A stretch of DNA of 64,000 nucleotides from a bacterium (GTDB lineage: Bacteria > Patescibacteriota > Dojkabacteria > JAKAPS01 > JAJZLI01). Below are positions 58,646 to 64,000 of the stretch, in pieces. Both the position numbers and the translations under genes were made by a program. The stretch spans positions 71,484 through 135,483 of the forward strand of contig JAJZWL010000001.1 of the NCBI GenBank assembly GCA_021846685.1, given 5' to 3'. Under the pieces are notes generated by a model that did no database searches, was not told the DNA's origin, and worked only from the letters and a program-made list of their open reading frames with translations. Numbering within the stretch: the stretch's first letter is position 1; every line of letters begins with the position of its first letter.

Positions 58646-59017
58646 ATGTTACAAAAAGAATCTGTAATAAAATGTATTGATAATACTGGGGCAAAAGAGC
58701 TTAGGATAATTGGAACTTTAGGTGCTTCATTCAGAAGGTATTCTCGTATAGGAGATCGAGTAAAATGTTCTGTAGTAAAAGCTACTCCTTCTGGACAAAT
58801 ATCTATGCATGAAAAGGTAACTGCAGTTATTGTTAGAACTCGAAAAGAAACTAGAAGAAAAGATGGGTCATATATTAGGTTTGATGATAATGCGGCTGTT
58901 ATAATAGATGATAAAAATGGAGAACCTAAGGGGACTGCTGTTTTTGGGCCTGTTGCACGTGAATTAAGAGAGAGAGGCTATAATAAATTAGTTAGTTTAG
59001 CAAATGAAGTACTATGA
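58646..59017 (+). CDS. rplN: 50S ribosomal protein L14
   Basis: [23 protein letters not shown]...[23 protein letters not shown]. Confidence 0.95.
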   Translation: MLQKESVIKCIDNTGAKELRIIGTLGASFRRYSRIGDRVKCSVVKATPSGQISMHEKVTAVIVRTRKETRRKDGSYIRFDDNAAVIIDDKNGEPKGTAVFGPVARELRERGYNKLVSLANEVL

Positions 59018-59304
59018 AAATAAAACTAAATGATTCTGTAAAAATATTAAGTGGAAATAATAAAGGAAAAGTAGCAAAAGTTACTAAGGTGCTTTCTTCA
59101 AAAGGGAAAGCATATGTAGATGGTATTAATATCTATAAAAAGAATGTAAGAGGTCAAGGTATAGTAGATATTCAAAAGCCTATAAATGCTTCTATTTTAG
59201 GAGTTGTATGTCCTAAATGTGGGAAAACAACTAGAGTTGGTTATTCTATTAATGAAAAAGGATTTAAAGACAGAATTTGTATGAAGTGTAAGGATGTAAT
59301 ATGA
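59014..59304 (+). CDS. rplX: 50S ribosomal protein L24 with C-terminal CxxC...CxxC motif
   Basis: KOW region [18 protein letters not shown]; C-terminal [30 protein letters not shown]. Confidence 0.85.
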   Translation: MKIKLNDSVKILSGNNKGKVAKVTKVLSSKGKAYVDGINIYKKNVRGQGIVDIQKPINASILGVVCPKCGKTTRVGYSINEKGFKDRICMKCKDVI

Positions 59305-60020
59305 GAGGATTTATAGCAGGAAGGAATCCTGTTTTGTCTATTTTAAAAAAAAATAATATAAAAGTTGTAACTGTTAAAATAGATAAAAATGCTAAAGAAG
59401 ATAGTAAAATAAATGAAATCTTAGCTCTTTGTGAAAATAAAAATGTAAATATTATTTATGTAGATAGGAATACTTTAAGAGATTATTCTCAAAATCAAGG
59501 TATTGTTGCAGAATTTACAAAAGAAGATAATTTTGATTTGGAAGAAATTTTATTGAATAATCCTTTTATTATTATTTTAAGAGAGATTATGTATAAACAG
59601 AATTTTGGTGCTATAATAAGAACTTGTGATATAGCAGGTGTTAATCTTTTGGTGTTACCTAAAAAGAATAAGAATTTACATTTAGATAGTGAAGTTGCAA
59701 GAATCTCTGAGGGAGCTTCATTAAATATGAATTTTCTATATACGAATCTTTTTGAATTTATAGATAAATTAAAATTATTTAATGTTTCTATATTTGGAAT
59801 TGAAAATATAGGAGATGATATTTACTTTAACACTAACCTTAAAGGTTCTGTAGCATTTTTATTTGGATCTGAAGCTAGTTCAATATCAGAACCACTCACT
59901 AAAAGATGTGATAAAATACTAAAGATTCCTCAAAGTGAAAAAAGCACTTTGAATTCTTTAAATATAGCATCGTCTGTTAGTATAGTGGTTTATGAAAAAG
60001 TAAGACAAAATAGTATATGA
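59301..60020 (+). CDS. SpoU/TrmH-family RNA 2'-O-methyltransferase (RlmB-like) embedded in the spc operon
   Basis: N-terminal SpoU substrate-binding-like region GRNPVLSILKK, SPOUT motifs NFGAIIRTCDIAGV, FLFGSEASSIS, IPQSEKSTLNSLNIASSVSIVVYE; ATGA overlaps with rplX and rplE. Confidence 0.75.
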   Translation: MRGFIAGRNPVLSILKKNNIKVVTVKIDKNAKEDSKINEILALCENKNVNIIYVDRNTLRDYSQNQGIVAEFTKEDNFDLEEILLNNPFIIILREIMYKQNFGAIIRTCDIAGVNLLVLPKKNKNLHLDSEVARISEGASLNMNFLYTNLFEFIDKLKLFNVSIFGIENIGDDIYFNTNLKGSVAFLFGSEASSISEPLTKRCDKILKIPQSEKSTLNSLNIASSVSIVVYEKVRQNSI

Positions 60021-60556
60021 GTAATTTAAAAGAACAATATTACAATAAAATAAGAAAAGATATAAAAAAAGAGTTAAAACTTGATAATATATATGCTGTG
60101 CCTAATTTATCTAAGATTGTTATTAATTCAGGGGTATCAAGTGCTGTTTCTAATCCTGATTCATTAAATGATGTAAAGGATATTATGATAGCTATTTCAG
60201 GGCAATTACCTTTAGTTACAAAAGCAAGAGAATCTATCTCTAATTTTCATCTTAGAGAAGGTATGAATATAGGCTTAATGGTAACATTGAGGAATGATAG
60301 AATGTGGGATTTTTATGAAAAACTGGTAGAGATAGTTATTCCTAGATTTAGAGATTTTAGAGGTTTGAAAAAAAGTTCTTTTGATAAAAATGGTAATTAC
60401 AATTTAGGTATTCCAGATCATTCTGTGTTTCCTGAGGTTGTACAAATACACCTAGATAAGGTAAAATCACTACAGGTAACTATAGTGACTACTGCAAAAA
60501 ATAAAGAAGATGCAATAGTTTTATTTAATCACTTAGGGTTTCCTTTAGAAAAGTAA
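60017..60556 (+). CDS. rplE: 50S ribosomal protein L5
   Basis: [34 protein letters not shown]...RDFRGL. Confidence 0.95.
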   Translation: MSNLKEQYYNKIRKDIKKELKLDNIYAVPNLSKIVINSGVSSAVSNPDSLNDVKDIMIAISGQLPLVTKARESISNFHLREGMNIGLMVTLRNDRMWDFYEKLVEIVIPRFRDFRGLKKSSFDKNGNYNLGIPDHSVFPEVVQIHLDKVKSLQVTIVTTAKNKEDAIVLFNHLGFPLEK

Positions 60557-60560
60557 TATT

Positions 60561-60755
60561 ATGGCAAGAAAAGCTTTATTAGATAAACAACAAGAAAGAG
60601 TTAAAAAAATCAAGTATGATGTTAGAAAATATACAAGATGTTTACAGTGTGGTAGGTCTAAATCTGTATTTAGAGATTTTGGATTATGTAGGATATGTCT
60701 TAGGCATTTTATTTTAGAAGGAAAAATTCCAGGAGTTAGGAAATCTTCCTGGTAA
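60561..60755 (+). CDS. rpsZ: 30S ribosomal protein S14 type Z (zinc-binding)
   Basis: 64 aa, CLQCGRS...CRICLR Cys4. Confidence 0.9.
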   Translation: MARKALLDKQQERVKKIKYDVRKYTRCLQCGRSKSVFRDFGLCRICLRHFILEGKIPGVRKSSW

Positions 60756-60765
60756 TATTATAATT

Positions 60766-61143
60766 ATGAGTGATCCAATAGCTGATTTATTAACAAGAAT
60801 AAGAAATGCAATTATGAGAGGTCATACTGTTGTATCTATACCTAAGAGTATAATAAAGGAGGATATTGTCAAAGTATTGCTTGAAAAGAAATTTATTAAA
60901 TCATATGAAGTAGTAGATAATGATATAGTAGTAACGTTAAAATATAAGAAAGGAGAGAATAGGATATCTGGGATAGCAAGAGTTTCAAAACCTAGTTTAA
61001 GAAGATATTCTTCATATAGGAATATCCCTAAAGTTTTGAATGGGTTAGGTTTTTATATAATTTCCACTCCTGAGGGTGTGATTTCTGATAAAGAAGCAAT
61101 CACAAAAAAGGTTGGAGGAGAATTAATTTGTAAAGTTTGGTAA
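60766..61143 (+). CDS. rpsH: 30S ribosomal protein S8
   Basis: MSDPIADLLTRIRNA...GGELICKVW. Confidence 0.95.
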   Translation: MSDPIADLLTRIRNAIMRGHTVVSIPKSIIKEDIVKVLLEKKFIKSYEVVDNDIVVTLKYKKGENRISGIARVSKPSLRRYSSYRNIPKVLNGLGFYIISTPEGVISDKEAITKKVGGELICKVW

Positions 61144-61149
61144 AATATT

Positions 61150-61695
61150 ATGTCAAGAATAGGAAAAATTCCAATACAAATAAAAGAAGGTATAACGGTA
61201 GATATATCAGAAGAAAGGATTACTGTAAAAGGTCCTAAGGGTGAATTATCTATTCCAAATTCTTTTAGAGTAAAAGTTGAATTAAAAAATGGAGAAGTAA
61301 CTGTTCAAAGAAGAAGTGACCAGAAAGAAGATAAAGCTTTTCATGGGTTATATAGATCTTTAATTAATAATATGGTAATTGGAGTTGCAGAAGGTTTTTC
61401 TAAAGAACTTGAAATAAGAGGTATTGGATATAGAGTTGTTCTAGATAATGATAATCTTGTTATTAATGTAGGTTATTCACATTCTGTAATTGTTAAAAAA
61501 GTTGAAGGTATAGAATTTAATATTACAGATAATAATTTTATTAAAATTTCTGGTATTGATAAACAATTAGTTGGACAAGTAGCTGCTAATATTAGAAGTA
61601 TAAGAAAGCCTGAGCCATATAAAGGTAAGGGAATTAGATATAAAGATGAAATTGTTGTTAAAAAAGCTGGAAAGTCAGCAAAGGCTGCTAAATAA
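61150..61695 (+). CDS. rplF: 50S ribosomal protein L6
   Basis: MSRIGKIPIQIKEGITVDI...KGPKGEL...EPYKGKGIRY. Confidence 0.95.
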   Translation: MSRIGKIPIQIKEGITVDISEERITVKGPKGELSIPNSFRVKVELKNGEVTVQRRSDQKEDKAFHGLYRSLINNMVIGVAEGFSKELEIRGIGYRVVLDNDNLVINVGYSHSVIVKKVEGIEFNITDNNFIKISGIDKQLVGQVAANIRSIRKPEPYKGKGIRYKDEIVVKKAGKSAKAAK

Positions 61696-61697
61696 TT

Positions 61698-62039
61698 ATG
61701 AAAATAATAAATAATAAAACAAAAAGACATTTAGTCATAAGAAAAAAAATAAAAGGAGTAAGTAATAGACCTAGATTATCTGTATTTAGATCTAATAAAG
61801 AGATGTATGTACAGTTAATAGATGATGAATTAGCAGTTACTATTTTAGGAATGAGTTCTAAGGTTATTAGTAAAGGAAAAAATAAGACAGATAAGTCATA
61901 TAATCTAGGTTTAGAGTTTGGTAAATTAGCTAAAAAGAAAGGATATGATAAAATAGTTTTTGATAGAGGTGGAAATAAATATCATGGAAGAGTTAAAGCT
62001 TTTGCAGATGGTGCAAGAGAGAGTGGTTTAATATTTTAA
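61698..62039 (+). CDS. rplR: 50S ribosomal protein L18
   Basis: RPRLSVFRSNKEMYVQLIDD...GNKYHGRVKAFADGARESGLIF. Confidence 0.9.
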   Translation: MKIINNKTKRHLVIRKKIKGVSNRPRLSVFRSNKEMYVQLIDDELAVTILGMSSKVISKGKNKTDKSYNLGLEFGKLAKKKGYDKIVFDRGGNKYHGRVKAFADGARESGLIF

Positions 62040-62051
62040 TAAATTGATAAC

Positions 62052-62543
62052 ATGAATGATAATAATATTGATAAATCTATAAATAATGAAATAGAAGATA
62101 ATTCAAATAATATTGAATTGGATAACTATATACTTGAGACTACTAGGGTTACTAAAGTAACAAAAGGAGCTAAAAGATTTAGATTTTCAGCTATGGTTGT
62201 TGTTGGAAACAGAAATGGTACTCTAGGAATAGGTAAAGGTGTGGGAGCAGATCCTAAGTCAGCTATTGAGAAGGCTATAAGGAGGGCAAAAGCTTCTTTA
62301 GTTAAAATTAATATAACTGATAACACAATTACTCATGAATTAGTACAAGATTTTAAAGCTTCTCGCATAATATTTAAACCAGCTGTTCCTGGAACTGGTA
62401 TTATTGCTGGGAAAAATATAAAACCTATTCTAGAATTGGCAGGAGTGAAGGATGTTTTATCAAAAAGAGTGGGTTCGTCAAATAAAAAATCAAACATATA
62501 TTGTTGTTTTTTAGCTTTAAAAAATTTAAAACCAAGAAAATAA
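62052..62543 (+). CDS. rpsE: 30S ribosomal protein S5
   Basis: VTKVTKGAKRFRFSAMVVVGNRNGTLGIGKGVGADPKSAIEKA; about 30-aa Asn/Asp-rich N-terminal extension. Confidence 0.9.
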   Translation: MNDNNIDKSINNEIEDNSNNIELDNYILETTRVTKVTKGAKRFRFSAMVVVGNRNGTLGIGKGVGADPKSAIEKAIRRAKASLVKINITDNTITHELVQDFKASRIIFKPAVPGTGIIAGKNIKPILELAGVKDVLSKRVGSSNKKSNIYCCFLALKNLKPRK

Positions 62544-62544
62544 T

Positions 62545-62973
62545 ATGATTATAAAAGGAAAAGTAAAAGATAAAAAGAAAAAAATAATAGGAAGAGGATT
62601 TGGATCTGGGAAAGGTGGTCATACTTCTACTAGGGGTATGAAAGGACAAAATAGTAGAGCAGGTTCACATATTTCTAAATATTTTGAAGGAGGTCAAAAT
62701 CCCTTAATACAAAGAGTCCCATATCTTAAAGGATTTAAAAGATATAGTGTGAAAATCGAAATTTTGAATTTGGGATTTATAGATAAATATTTTAATGATG
62801 GAGATAGTATTAGTCTGAAAAGTTTACAAGACAGAGGTTTTGTAAGAAAAAACAAAGTAAAAATACTTTCTTTCGGAGATATTTCTAAAAATCTTAAATT
62901 TATAGCCTCAGATTTTGCTTTTTCAAAAAAGGCATTAGAAAAAATAGAAAAGTCAAAATCTGAATTAATATAA
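62545..62973 (+). CDS. rplO: 50S ribosomal protein L15 (directly after rpsE; no rpmD/L30 gene between)
   Basis: GRGFGSGKGGHTSTRGMKGQNSRAG...; only 1 nt separates the rpsE stop and the rplO start. Confidence 0.9.
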   Translation: MIIKGKVKDKKKKIIGRGFGSGKGGHTSTRGMKGQNSRAGSHISKYFEGGQNPLIQRVPYLKGFKRYSVKIEILNLGFIDKYFNDGDSISLKSLQDRGFVRKNKVKILSFGDISKNLKFIASDFAFSKKALEKIEKSKSELI

Positions 62974-62974
62974 T

Positions 62975-64000
62975 ATGCAAAAAATTGTAAATTCTATTAG
63001 ACAAATAATATCAGCTCCTGATTTAAGGAAGAAGATTGTATTCACATTTTTTTTGGTTGTTATATTTAGAATTTTTGCATCTATTCCTACTCCAGGAGTT
63101 AATGTAACTGTATTAGCATCAATATTTAAAGGAAATCAAGCTTTAAGTGTTTTAAATATTTTTTCAGGAGGAACACTTTCAACTGCTTCAATAGTTGGTA
63201 TAGGATTAGGTCCTTTTATTACAGCTACTGTTATATTCCAATTTTTAGCATACATTGTTCCCAAAATTAAAGATTTACAAGAACAAGGAGAAAGAGGTCA
63301 AAAGATTATTAATCAATATACAAGGATTATAACTGTTCCTATTGCAGTTCTTCAATCTTACGGTATCTATTTGTTTTTACTTAGCGCATCTAGTACTCCA
63401 ATTATCTCTCATTTAAATACATTAGGAGTGATAACATTTATATTGACAATGACAGCAGGATCTATTTTCCTTATGTGGTTAGGAGAATTAATTACTGAGT
63501 ATGGAATAGGAGATGGTATTTCATTACTAATAGCTTTAGGTATATTGGCAACTTTACCAGAAGGTATAATATCTACAGCATTAACTCAGGGAATTAATGG
63601 TATAGTTGGAATAGTCATTATTTTACTATTTTTAGCTATGATTGTAGCTATAATTATAATTAATGAATCTTCAAGGAATATTCCTGTAAATTACACTAGA
63701 ATGGCAAGGGGTGTAGAACTAGTTGGAGGAGAAAAGTCATATATTCCTATCAAAATTAATACAGCAGGGGTAATGCCTATAATTTTTGCATTATCTTTAA
63801 TTTTAGTTCCAACTGAGTTATCTCAAATCCTTGAAAAAAATAAAATTCCTATTGTACATACAGTAGCTACTAATGTATTTACATTTTTGTCCAATCAAAC
63901 TTACTATGGAATTATATATGCTTTACTTATAATATTCATGACATATTTCTATACATTTATAGTATTTAAACCTGAAGATGTAGCGCGAGATATTCAAAAA
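62975..64000 (+). CDS. secY: Preprotein translocase SecY (5' partial; runs off window end)
   Basis: ATG at 62975 two nt after the rplO stop; open frame to 64000 reads MQKIVNSIRQIISAPDLRKKIVFTFFLVVIFRIFASIPTPGVN...; not in the supplied ORF track because it has no stop inside the window. Confidence 0.85.
   Translation, partial: MQKIVNSIRQIISAPDLRKKIVFTFFLVVIFRIFASIPTPGVNVTVLASIFKGNQALSVLNIFSGGTLSTASIVGIGLGPFITATVIFQFLAYIVPKIKDLQEQGERGQKIINQYTRIITVPIAVLQSYGIYLFLLSASSTPIISHLNTLGVITFILTMTAGSIFLMWLGELITEYGIGDGISLLIALGILATLPEGIISTALTQGINGIVGIVIILLFLAMIVAIIIINESSRNIPVNYTRMARGVELVGGEKSYIPIKINTAGVMPIIFALSLILVPTELSQILEKNKIPIVHTVATNVFTFLSNQTYYGIIYALLIIFMTYFYTFIVFKPEDVARDIQK

Noticed and set aside
1-64000. 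Alternative genetic code (UGA recoding, as in Gracilibacteria/Absconditabacteria)
   Set aside because: Housekeeping genes such as pnp, infB, tuf and the P-type ATPase are full length in the standard-code ORF track, so no recoding is needed

Overview
The window is an AT-rich (roughly 28-30% GC) bacterial chromosome segment read in the standard genetic code, since long ORFs are intact and there is no sign of UGA recoding. Several traits resemble small-genome Patescibacteria/CPR-like lineages: no L30 gene between rpsE and rplO, a two-gene split transketolase, a short IF-2, and lysine-rich extensions on ribosomal proteins. Three blocks are recognisable. (1) 1-26 kb is housekeeping: a UDG-Lon(AAA)-VIT1 operon, nusA-infB, pnp-rpsO, the split transketolase, uppS, RNase J and malQ. 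(2) 26-51.5 kb is an accessory region dense in defence, toxin-antitoxin and mobile-element genes. It holds two AbiEi/AbiEii pairs, three RelE-family pairs, Fic, DUF433/DUF5615, an IS3 element with an intact -1 frameshift site, transposase and ATPase fragments, a PLD-family protein, a P-type ATPase and two diverged paralogous alpha/beta-hydrolases with near-identical promoters. Three tRNA-Ser genes and one tRNA-Arg gene are interspersed with at least eight short pseudo-tRNA-Ser 3'-end repeats, and each interval between repeats holds one gene module. I read this as two divergent cassette arrays built by site-specific integration at tRNA-Ser 3' ends; no recombinase gene is visible in the window. 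(3) 52.2-64 kb is tuf followed by the S10-spc ribosomal protein cluster up to a partial secY. A SpoU/TrmH-family RNA 2'-O-methyltransferase gene sits between rplX and rplE. S17 and L23 carry Lys-rich extensions, and L24 and EF-Tu each carry a Cys4 motif.
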